Virus record (IMG/VR): IMGVR_UViG_2974770163_000001
Span: 45,435-109,434 of that record
Source: a virus
Taxonomy: Duplodnaviria > Caudoviricetes
Direction: 5' to 3' (one strand)
DNA: 64,000 bases
Position 1 is the first letter of the stretch, and every line of letters starts with the position of its first letter. This document shows, in pieces, positions 40,297 to 49,152 of this stretch. Made by a program: the position numbers and the translations under genes. The notes beneath the pieces were generated by a model. The model was not told where the DNA came from. It searched no databases and was given only the letters and a program-made list of their open reading frames with translations.

Positions 40297-40385
40297 TTAA
40301 TTCTTTATCAATTTCCTTTCTCTCAATTCAATATAAATATTATATCAAAGATTTGAGTATTTGGCAATTGAATTTTTAAATAATT

Positions 40386-40461
40386 TGGAGCACACTACAG
40401 GATTCGAACCTGTGACCGCTTCGTTCGTAGCGAAGAACTCTGTCCACTGAGTTAAGCGTGC
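40386..40461 (-). tRNA. tRNA-Arg(ACG)
   Basis: CTTCG-CTACGAA-CGAAG. Confidence 0.92.
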
Positions 40462-40462
40462 T

Positions 40463-40538
40463 TGGTGCCGACAGAGGGAATCGAACCCACGACCTGATGC
40501 TTACAAGGCAACTGCTCTACCTGCTGAGCTATATCGAC
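40463..40538 (-). tRNA. tRNA-Thr(TGT)
   Basis: CT-TGT-AA loop. Confidence 0.92.
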
Positions 40539-40543
40539 TAAAT

Positions 40544-40617
40544 TGGTACTCGCTGATGGAATCGAACCACCGCCTAGACCTTGTAAGGGACTAGTACTAC
40601 CATTATACTAAGCGAGT
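40544..40617 (-). tRNA. tRNA-Val(TAC)
   Basis: CT-TAC-AA loop. Confidence 0.9.
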
Positions 40618-40842
40618 ATTATAAGTGACCTGCTTTCTTCAACTGACGTTCCATAAACTTCTGACACACTTTCTGTAAATAGCCAGACTTAGTATGATCG
40701 TACAAAACTCTCATTTTATTAGTGAATAGGGTTGCCCCGTCTTCACGTGTTGCTGAGTACGTCATTGTTACTAGTCCGTCTCTGTAATCAGAGAATTGGT
40801 AGTTAAAGCTGATTTTCTTAGACATATAAGACTCCTATAAAT

Positions 40843-40920
40843 TGGGGTGACGGACGGGACTTGAACCCGCACATTCCCGAATCACAATCGGGGGCATTAA
40901 ACCAATTCTGCTACCGCCAC
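40843..40920 (-). tRNA. tRNA-His(GTG)
   Basis: CCCGA-TTGTGAT-TCGGG, C73; base at -1 is T. Confidence 0.9.
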
Positions 40921-41061
40921 ATCTAAGAAACCTCGTAAAGTACCTTAGATGTAGGCGGTAAAGCCTACACTAGATTTATGAGTATATTTTGTATCTGTCA
41001 CGATACTCAACACTACCGTTAATCTACAACGCCGTAAGCACCCCCTCACGGTGGAGACTTC

Positions 41062-41136
41062 TGGTGCACCATAGTGGTATCGAACCACTCTATCAGGCTC
41101 TTCAAACCTGCGCTAATCCATCTCAGCTAACGGTGC
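41062..41136 (-). tRNA. tRNA-Phe(GAA)
   Basis: CAGGT-TTGAAGA-GCCTG. Confidence 0.9.
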
Positions 41137-41360
41137 AAAATTCTTGTACTCACATGAAACCCCTGATATGGAAGAACTGTGGAGAGTACCTTTCTCAGTT
41201 TTGGCGATCTATTCTCTCAGGTTTTGCACGTCTCATAAATGGAGTGCTTCGTAAGGCTGCCTTTAGCTCAGACATTCACCATTACACGCCCAACCGTACC
41301 TCGGAATTTATAGTCTAGGAGGGTTGACTTAGAGCTATCTTATCTGCTTTTCAGCAAATT

Positions 41361-41437
41361 TGGCAGGTATGACGGGGATCGAACCCGCTATCTCCGCAGT
41401 GACAGTGCGGTGTCTTGACCATTTCGACCTCATACCT
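41361..41437 (-). tRNA. tRNA-Asp(GTC)
   Basis: CCGCA-CTGTCAC-TGCGG. Confidence 0.92.
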
Positions 41438-41443
41438 ATTGTT

Positions 41444-41520
41444 TGGTGGAGTCACTCAGGTTTGAACTGAGTTCAAAAGCTTGCAAGGCTAATAGTTTAA
41501 CCATATTAACGTATAACCCC
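41444..41520 (-). tRNA. Atypical tRNA-Ala(TGC)
   Basis: G3.U70 and A73 present; anticodon stem has only 3 pairs. Confidence 0.7.
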
Positions 41521-41524
41521 ATAA

Positions 41525-41608
41525 TTAATAAGTAACCTCGAAGTAGGTGCTGTCTCTACTTCAAGATAGCCATCAGCACTGGTAAGACTATTTGGAGTTA
41601 CTTATTAA
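41525..41608 (-). ncRNA. 84-nt three-way junction RNA with kissing loops
   Basis: 12-bp closing stem; loops carry complementary GTGCTG/CAGCAC. Confidence 0.72.
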
Positions 41609-41636
41609 GTGACCTTTATAAGTAAAGGTCGAAAAC

Positions 41637-41712
41637 TGGTGGAGAAGATGGGAGTTGAACCCACGACCGTCTGCTTGCAAAGCAGGTGCTCTACCAATTG
41701 AGCTACATCCCC
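41637..41712 (-). tRNA. tRNA-Ala(TGC)
   Basis: Canonical cloverleaf, G3.U70. Confidence 0.93.
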
Positions 41713-41719
41713 ATAAATT

Positions 41720-41796
41720 TGGTCTCGAATAAAGGATTTGAACCTTTGACCCCACCGCCCCAAACGGCGTACTCTACCAGACTGAGCTAATCCGAG
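41720..41796 (-). tRNA. tRNA-Pro(TGG)
   Basis: CGCCG-TTTGGGG-CGGTG; overlaps upstream CDS end. Confidence 0.92.
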
Positions 41797-42314
41797 ATGA
41801 TCTCACTACCTAGTTCAATATGAGCTATTTCTAGACGATCTCCACGTTCCCAATCATCACACTGCATATCAACTTTTTCAAATATGAAGTCTTGACTTTC
41901 TTGACTAGTCATAGACTTCAGGCTTTCAAATTCTTCATCAGTCAAAACTACTTCTGATGTAACTTCAATAACTTCTGTTGCATATACTTTATAAACACGT
42001 TTAGTCATTTTTTATTTCCTTTCTCAAGTTTATAAATATATTATACAGTAAATTTAAGCATTTAGCAACTGATTTAATAAACTTTTTGCTTACTGCATAC
42101 CTAGGAACTCATACGGTGTAAACACGTCGAAACCATTAAAATCTTCTGGATGGTTTATATCTTGAGTGTACGTATGTCCAAATTTATTTCTCTCTTGAGA
42201 AAAACATTTACCTTTCCATATAGCTATAGTAGAGTTTCGGCTAGTACCTTTATAGATACCACCAACAACTAAATCACTCTTCGGTATTACATCTTTCATA
42301 AAGACCTCGGAAAT

Positions 42315-42409
42315 TGGAGGAAGAAGCGGGACTTGAACCCGCACACCATCTTTCGACAGCTACTAACTGTTTAGCAAACAGCTCCCTTACCTATTAGGGT
42401 TACTCTTCC
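42315..42409 (-). tRNA. tRNA-Ser(GCT)
   Basis: TT-GCT-AA loop, long arm. Confidence 0.9.
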
Positions 42410-42643
42410 AAATTTAAATAGACTAATTCATTAGATAGCCGCAAAAGTTCTTCTTTCTTCAGATCAAACCCAGCATCTGGCTTTTCAGCATGGGCTTTAT
42501 CTAAGATAGGGAGCATTGCTTCAACTAATGCAAGTGCTGCCATACTCATTTTATGTAGGCTTTCTCTAGCTCCTAGTTTATCGTGTGTCATGTGTGCCCC
42601 CTATTTATTTTGCTTTTTCTAACCGGTATTATAGGTATAATAG

Positions 42644-43111
42644 TTAATCATCATATTCGCCATAATCACCAAAATATTCATTGTTGCGTATAGCGGTAAC
42701 ACTACTCTTGTATACCCTAGATAGGTATTCCTCAATAAGTTGAATGTTGTCAACTTTGCAGATGACTTCATCATAAAACACTACGTCACCTTTCGTATTT
42801 GTATAGCTTTGCTTAACTACCTGATATAGGTCAGGCATTAAAAAGCGCATAAAATCCCAATCATTAAGTTGATCTTCTGTTAGAACCGGAGCATCTGCAA
42901 TTACAATACCATTTTTAATCCATTCACGAAAAACGTTCTCTACATAGTCGTAGTCTACACTATCATAACAGTGAGCTGAAGGGATCAGGCTAATATTAGC
43001 TTCTGGGTGCTTCTCACACTCAACAAGCCAGCCCGATGCGTAACCACCCCCACAAGTTTCGCAATCCATAGAATCATGTAAATAAGTTACTTTAACACAA
43101 AACTGTTCCAT
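42644..43111 (-). CDS. Hypothetical protein with CxxC / C..H motifs
   Basis: AGGAG RBS before MEQFCVK. Confidence 0.75.
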   Translation of the reverse strand: MEQFCVKVTYLHDSMDCETCGGGYASGWLVECEKHPEANISLIPSAHCYDSVDYDYVENVFREWIKNGIVIADAPVLTEDQLNDWDFMRFLMPDLYQVVKQSYTNTKGDVVFYDEVICKVDNIQLIEEYLSRVYKSSVTAIRNNEYFGDYGEYDD

Positions 43112-43129
43112 CTTGTCTCCTAGTAAAAT

Positions 43130-43203
43130 TGGTGCAGCGTACAGGAGTCGAACCTGTCTCCCCAGATTAAAAGTCTGGTGCTCAGCCGATAAGCCAACGC
43201 TAC
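43130..43203 (-). tRNA. tRNA-Lys(TTT), divergent copy
   Basis: CCAGA-CTTTTAA-TCTGG. Confidence 0.85.
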
Positions 43204-43209
43204 TAAATT

Positions 43210-43285
43210 TGGTGCGTAGTATAGGATTTGAACCTATGACCTTGGGATTAAAAGTCCCCTGCTCTACCAACTAAGCTAACTACGC
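43210..43285 (-). tRNA. tRNA-Lys(TTT)
   Basis: GGGA-CTTTTAA-TCCC. Confidence 0.92.
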
Positions 43286-43530
43286 ATTATTCTTTTGGAT
43301 GTTTGTTAACTTCTGCCTTAGCAAAGGCTAATTCGTCTAACAGAGATGTTACCAAATCTTCCGCTAAGAGTTCTAAATCATTGATGCTTTGTAAGAACCC
43401 CTCCGCTTTCTTATTAGAAATGCTAGATGCGTAAAGCTCGGCATCTAAACTCTCTAGGAACGAGTTGATTTTTCTTACAGCTTCAATTGCACTAATTCGT
43501 GTACCGATCATATTTGACTCCCTGGTCAAA

Positions 43531-43841
43531 ATTAATTAAGGTTGATTTCCCTGTGCCCTGGCAGAGGCAAACTAAGCCACCACAGCTTAGAACTTCTTTG
43601 AGACGGTCTTGCGAAGAGAATTAGTCACCTAGTTATTCACACTCACCGTTTCAAGGAGTAAATGTTACTAGAACTGGTACGAGGTATGCTCTTTCTCACC
43701 ACTCGAGCTGCTGTAGGGACTCGAACCCTACAGAGCATAGGTTTACCCTCTAAACTGTACCTTCGCCCGTTTCGTGCTTGCCACACGCTCGTATCGGACT
43801 CAGTAATAACTCAAAGATTTCAGGAAAATCACTTAATTAAT
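43531..43841 (-). ncRNA. 311-nt multi-domain RNA containing a tRNA-elbow mimic
   Basis: 21-bp terminal stem; T arm then D-like arm inside TATGCTCT/AGAGCATA; promoter at 43860-43888 directly upstream. Confidence 0.78.
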
Positions 43842-43967
43842 CTCGATTTCATAAAATATATTATATCAATAAATTAACCATTTGACAAGTAATTTTTTAA
43901 ATATTTACTAGAGAGCTAGTGGCTAACTGTCTAGTAAATATCCCCTCCAGAGAGGGAATATTACAAT

Positions 43968-44537
43968 TTACTTGGTGAACTTAATGGATTCTTGAACACG
44001 AGTTTCAAAGATACCTTGAGTTCTAGCATCAGATACGATTTCACATAATGAATCAATATCTTTCTTAGGGAATCCAGCAAAGGCTAAGAATCGACCCTTC
44101 CAGAAGTATTCTAATTGATTACGATACGTCGCACACTGTTCCAACTTACGATTCTGAGCAATAGCAAATTCGTTACGACCAGCCGTGATTTCATGTTGGA
44201 TATTCAAGTATAATGCTGAATCCAAGTTCAGGTTACGTTCTTGAATCCATTGAAAAACAGCCTTAGAGCCGTCTGCACCATAACGACCTTGGAAAGTCTC
44301 TTTAATAACTTCTTTCAAATCGTTTTTATACATTTCAGGGACTTGAATGATTTCCCCAATTTTTACGGTGTAGTTGCTAAGTTTGTTCTCGGACTCCTTA
44401 TCTAAGCGAACGATGTTGTTTTCCATTCGTGTAGCTTCGTTTGATGTAGATACGTACCCTGCAAAGATACCTAAACCACCAACGATAAGAACAGTTAATA
44501 ACACTAGAATAGCTACTAGACCTTTGGTCAATTTCAT
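43968..44537 (-). CDS. Membrane-anchored helical protein (LemA-like)
   Basis: N-terminal TM, helical body, C-terminal Y...L..F...FL..AGFP. Confidence 0.65.
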   Translation of the reverse strand: MKLTKGLVAILVLLTVLIVGGLGIFAGYVSTSNEATRMENNIVRLDKESENKLSNYTVKIGEIIQVPEMYKNDLKEVIKETFQGRYGADGSKAVFQWIQERNLNLDSALYLNIQHEITAGRNEFAIAQNRKLEQCATYRNQLEYFWKGRFLAFAGFPKKDIDSLCEIVSDARTQGIFETRVQESIKFTK

Positions 44538-45583
44538 TATAAATCCTCTTTAATACAAAAGATTGCAAAGCCGATATTGGCAATAAAGTTTAATACGATT
44601 ACAAAGATTAATGCACTAGTTGGAATATCAACTACATCATCTAGGTACTTAAATGTATCATTTGGTAATCGCTTGTAGTGTTTAACAATTAAATCGTACT
44701 GTGTCTGTACTAGACTTAAATTGAACTCTGGAGACTCAAGACCGGTAGCTGCTAATTTAGTCAGCAATAGTTGGTTGTCTTGTCCATTTCCTATGGTATT
44801 CGCTCTTAACCATTTTACCCTATTATCGTCATCCAAACTGTAGACGATAACAACATCATTCTTTTTACCACCATGCCACTTGTTCATTAGTGCGTCAAAG
44901 AAATCTTCACCAGCTTGTGTAACCACTAACGTTACATTGAGTTGGTAAGTAGAACCATCTAACCTCAACTTTTCGTTGAGAAAGTTGTTGATATCAGGTG
45001 CATACTTACCAACAATTCTATTCATTCTGTAGTAGTCGTATACTCGCGGATACTCCGGTAAACTATCAGCGTACTTTTCTAAAGTAGCATCTTCCACAAC
45101 GTACATACCTTTATCCAACTTAGTGTAATTATTAACACTAAAGGTAGAGGAGTAGGGCTCACCTACTACTGCTGCTGACCATCTAGGTGGTTCTTTAAGT
45201 CCACGTCGATCTACTCGGCTAATTCTTGAGTAATCAATAGTAGATTCAACAATCCAATCTACGTCGTATGAATGCTCATCACAATAGATTGGTATACAAG
45301 TCCTATTGCCTTTTGAATCTGTAGAACATGTTTCACCACATTTATATTGGTGTTCACAACTAACACGTTCAGAATATTTTTTGGTTACATAACCATTTCG
45401 TATTTCAGTATCCCATTTACCGGAGCTTGCTGCAAAAACAGCCATTCCTAGCATTAATAGAGAACTGAATGCTGCTACCCCTAACTGAATAAGTAGCTCT
45501 TTTCTAGAGATCTTATGTCTAAAGAAAATGTTAGAGATAGCAACTACAAACAGGGAACAGGCAAATAAGATAATGAAATACAT
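44537..45583 (-). CDS. Multi-pass membrane protein with Cys-rich periplasmic domain
   Basis: Two N-terminal and one C-terminal TM; CEH.Y.C...C...C..HSYD; W.GGKKND. Confidence 0.8.
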   Translation of the reverse strand: MYFIILFACSLFVVAISNIFFRHKISRKELLIQLGVAAFSSLLMLGMAVFAASSGKWDTEIRNGYVTKKYSERVSCEHQYKCGETCSTDSKGNRTCIPIYCDEHSYDVDWIVESTIDYSRISRVDRRGLKEPPRWSAAVVGEPYSSTFSVNNYTKLDKGMYVVEDATLEKYADSLPEYPRVYDYYRMNRIVGKYAPDINNFLNEKLRLDGSTYQLNVTLVVTQAGEDFFDALMNKWHGGKKNDVVIVYSLDDDNRVKWLRANTIGNGQDNQLLLTKLAATGLESPEFNLSLVQTQYDLIVKHYKRLPNDTFKYLDDVVDIPTSALIFVIVLNFIANIGFAIFCIKEDL

Positions 45584-45618
45584 CTGGTTTCCTTAGATTG
45601 TAGTTGCTTTATTAAAAT

Positions 45619-45694
45619 TGGTGCACCTAGGAGGGACTCGAACCCACAACCAAGCCCTTATGAGGGGCACGCTCTACCATTGAGCTACTGGTGC
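45619..45694 (-). tRNA. tRNA with CAT anticodon, probably Ile2
   Basis: CT-CAT-AA loop; C4-G69 and C5-G68 (TilS determinants), A73. Confidence 0.85.
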
Positions 45695-45702
45695 GGTAAA
45701 AC

Positions 45703-46083
45703 TTAAGCTACTAACGCGTATAGATCGCCCGCTAACAGTTCGTAAGATTCTCCTGTCTCACCATGAGTAACGCCCATGATAACAACATCTTCATCTTCAC
45801 CACCTTGTTTAACTTGCTCAGCCATAACAGAGAATACATGTACTGCATTATCATTTAGGTCGCCATTCTCGATTGCGAAGATAACATCTTCCATCATCAG
45901 AGTTGCTTCGCCGTCTTCACTTGGAACTACGATGAACCAATCTTCTAACATACCCTCTGCGATTGCTAATCGCATGAACTCAACAACGTCTGCTGGAGTT
46001 TCAACGTTGATACCTTGGTTTTCCAGTTCCGCAGTCATAACAGCAGAAACAACACCAGCGATTTTAACAGATACTTTAGACAT
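45703..46083 (-). CDS. Acidic hypothetical protein
   Basis: 126 aa; promoter at 46122-46150. Confidence 0.75.
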   Translation of the reverse strand: MSKVSVKIAGVVSAVMTAELENQGINVETPADVVEFMRLAIAEGMLEDWFIVVPSEDGEATLMMEDVIFAIENGDLNDNAVHVFSVMAEQVKQGGEDEDVVIMGVTHGETGESYELLAGDLYALVA

Positions 46084-46171
46084 ATTTTATTTCCTTTTGG
46101 ATTGATTAATTTATAAGATATATTATACAGAAAAATTCAGGATTTGACAATTGAATTTTTAAGTTTTAAAG

Positions 46172-46246
46172 TGGTACTCCCTGTAGGATTCGAACCTACG
46201 TCTATCGGTTTAGAAGACCGATGCCTATCCTCTAGACTAAGGGAGT
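46172..46246 (-). tRNA. tRNA-Arg(TCT)
   Basis: TCGGT-CTTCTAA-ACCGA. Confidence 0.92.
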
Positions 46247-47241
46247 GGAATTAATTCTACTGTTACTGGAACACAGCCTGTTGGAGGATTTTCAAAAACA
46301 TCCTCACACTTAACAGTATATGCCGGTTCTGGAGCAAATTCTAGCATTTGGTTGGCTAGGGCACTATCTGCCTGAATGTTGTTATTTATGAGCCATGATC
46401 GGAGAGTTGGAACCATCCAACCCTTAATCTGATCTTTGTCTTTGGCAGGAGACTCTAAGATCTCCTGTTCTCCGGTATCAATATATGTAATAAGAATATC
46501 TTCTTTAAGAATAATTGGCAAGATTGCCTCCTACACCTCTAGCATAGTTATGTTTACTAGACTATTAGTAGCAGTGTGAGTACCTACACACTCTTCTCTA
46601 ATGATTAGATCAAATAGGGCTTGGTCATCGATATTGATACCTAAATCATCAGCCAACATGTTCTGTACGTCTGCTGGAGTAGTCTCATCCCCATCAAGCA
46701 TAATCTGAACTTGTTCAAATTTCTCTGTCTGTAAAATCGTAATAATGTAGTCCATTAATGACTCCTTGTAGGTTATAATTAGTGAGCAGTTTTGGAGATG
46801 CTCAGCTCCACGGTTCCCCAAGGTAGTAGGGAATTAATCTAATTCAACCCAATCATTATTGGATATATTTTGACCGAAAACACCGCCGTAGAAATAATCA
46901 TCTTCATCCGTGCTCGGGAACACGATATTACCTCCGTAGTACCCATTATGCTCAGTGCGGCATTCGATATCCATTACACCAGTAGTTGTATTGATCTTGC
47001 AACCATAACGGTCTGTAACATCTCCCCATTCACTATCACTTATAGAATCAAGAGTATATGTATCTATACTAGTGATCGTAAAAGGCATACTAACTGGTAG
47101 ATCTACGTGCTGGAAGAAGCTATTAGCACAGCAGTCTCCGTCTACACGGATGATTAGATCCTCGCCTTGATCTGTAACTAATTTAATAGCTAAATCGTCG
47201 GACGCTTTAAACACTTGTACAATTGTTTTTCCGATTAACAT
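46237..47241 (-). other. Three hypothetical ORFs (46237-46521, 46531-~46755, 46834-47241)
   Basis: RBS-supported; the last has DCC...HNGYYGG motif. Confidence 0.7.
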
Positions 47242-47254
47242 TGTTTAATCTCCT

Positions 47255-47939
47255 AAAGTTGAAAGTGGTATGGGTTTAGGCTTTCTTCGTCTGCTTGACT
47301 GCCGGTTAGACCTGGCTTGCTGCATGTAGTGCCAGCGATGCTTAATTATAAGCCTCAGTTATCCTATTCTTTGCCATGTTATGGTTAACTGCATAGTCCA
47401 TCACCCCATAGCCAGTGTTATAACATAAGCGAGTTCGACACACCCATTTCGGGAAGTACTCTACACTTTTTCCAAATATCCATCTTAGATATGCAATCTA
47501 GGTCGGAGGTAGCCTCTCCTTTTATTTGGTGTGCTACGAGTAAAGTATATCCCGAAATGGGGAGTGATCAATTCCTCATTTCCAAGTTAAGTACTTGGGA
47601 CTCAGTAGTTCTAGTTCGCGACCTAGACTACCTATTCGTTGTTTTCACACATCATGCTCCTCGGGCGGAGGAATCGAACCTCACTAGAGCGCTATTTCCC
47701 AGAACCCCGTATCTTCGCAGTCTTTGTGCTACTTACTGCTTCTCCATACACTGCCCAGAGGGGGTTTCACCGTATTCGGCTCTCGTATATGGAAAGACAG
47801 AGTTTAGTGAGAGGGTTAACTTACTCTCAACATATTCTCTCAGACTCTGCACATTGTACTATGAGTCTCAGCGTAGTATGCCCGCTGTGCCTCTTATTAA
47901 ATCGTACTTTTAGACTTAATTGCCGTGTTCCGATTCAAT
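47255..47939 (-). ncRNA. ~680-nt large structured RNA candidate
   Basis: Follows promoter TTGACA-17-TATAAT (47946-47974); no RBS-supported ORF; 12-bp and 9-bp crossing helices; T-loop hairpin. Confidence 0.72.
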
Positions 47940-48278
47940 ATAAATATTATATCAAATAATAAATCAAATGTCAATTGATTTTTTAATTATTTTATTTCGA
48001 ACCCTGCAACTAGAGAATCTAGAGTTTCTAGAAACTTTAACGTTTCATTACGTTCTGCATACAAGCGCTGGCGTTCTGCATCAAGTATATCAGTTATAGC
48101 CTGTAGCACCTCAGGGCGTAAATCCCCGTGCCTAAACTCAGTTCCGAATATGTATGGACTTACTCCTACTCCGGAATTAATTTTATGGGCTGTTACTAAC
48201 GCTTTGCCTACCCTATCTAGGACTCTCTCAAGAAACTCCTGGTGTAGTTGAACTTCTTTAACTGTTTTCATTAAACAC

Positions 48279-48713
48279 CTACTTAGTGATTAGTGGTAAA
48301 ACTGAACGAGCTACAGAGCTAGCTAACTTACCGTCGTATTGACCTAAGCGACGTGCTTTTAGAGTAGCCATAAGCTCACCTAAGTTTTCAGCACCTGCAC
48401 ACTCTTTTGTGAAGAAGTCATACAGATCATCCTCAGTCATTTGTACTGGTAACATACTTGTCAAAAGTTTTACGTACAGAGGGTCAGCTTCATATACTTG
48501 ACCACTTAAAGCTGCCTTAGATCTAGTATCCTCTATAGCTTTTAACTGAGATTTAGCCCAAGTAATCATTTGATCACGAGAAACAAAATCTTTGCCAAAT
48601 TTGTATTCTAAGTCACTGATGGCTGTAGAAACCACTTTAACCCATGCAGTGTCCTTACGTAAACGTGCTTGAAGCATTTCAGCTCGCAGGAAGTCTAACA
48701 TTGACTCTTCCAT
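48279..48713 (-). CDS. GatB/YqeY-domain protein
   Basis: L....M.QA...KD, LP.QMTE, LGELM..LK....GQYDGKLAS. Confidence 0.85.
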   Translation of the reverse strand: MEESMLDFLRAEMLQARLRKDTAWVKVVSTAISDLEYKFGKDFVSRDQMITWAKSQLKAIEDTRSKAALSGQVYEADPLYVKLLTSMLPVQMTEDDLYDFFTKECAGAENLGELMATLKARRLGQYDGKLASSVARSVLPLITK

Positions 48714-48714
48714 T

Positions 48715-49152
48715 TTATTTTCCTTTTAGTGAATAGAAACGGTGTCCACCAATCTTCTCAATGAAATCCAACCTAGAATGATAAGCTAAAGGTTTTCCAC
48801 TATGGAAGAATAGTGCATCGGGTACTGTCTCAGTAATATTACCAAAGTGGTAAGATACCATTGCTACTGCCTTAGATCTTATCCACATTTTAGGTTCTCT
48901 AATCGGGTATTTATGTGCCGTCCAAGAGAACTGGTACTTTTGGTATATTACTCCGCAGTGTGTCGTAGGCTTAAATACTTTACTGTCTACTCGGTTATTT
49001 GTAACCTCAGCAACAGCAAATAATCCTCTAAGCGGCTCAGCTCTAGCCTCGTAGTAAATATTCTCAGTAAGGCAAGTAACTTGAGGATTATCAGCTAGGC
49101 TAGGGACATTAGCCATTAACATCCCTAGTGTAAATGCTAGTTCAGGAGCCAT
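48715..49152 (-). CDS. SleB-like cell wall hydrolase
   Basis: CL.ENIYYEAR.EP, V.NRV, VIYQ.YQFSW, IGGHRFY. Confidence 0.9.
   Translation of the reverse strand: MAPELAFTLGMLMANVPSLADNPQVTCLTENIYYEARAEPLRGLFAVAEVTNNRVDSKVFKPTTHCGVIYQKYQFSWTAHKYPIREPKMWIRSKAVAMVSYHFGNITETVPDALFFHSGKPLAYHSRLDFIEKIGGHRFYSLKGK

Noticed and set aside
43531-43841. RNase P RNA
   Set aside because: Size fits, but the conserved GAGGAAAGTCC and ACAGAA..CGGCTTA regions are absent
32849-46246. Theta (HDV-like) ribozymes 3' of tRNAs
   Set aside because: All tRNAs encode CCA and I could not build the nested double pseudoknot in any trailer
33137-47959. ORFs overlapping RNA genes (33137-33322, 39852-40049, 40053-40238, 40989-41318, 43662-43877, 47491-47913, 47639-47959) and N-terminal extensions through tRNAs
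   Set aside because: They run across tRNA or ncRNA structure and lack RBSs; RBS-supported starts lie downstream
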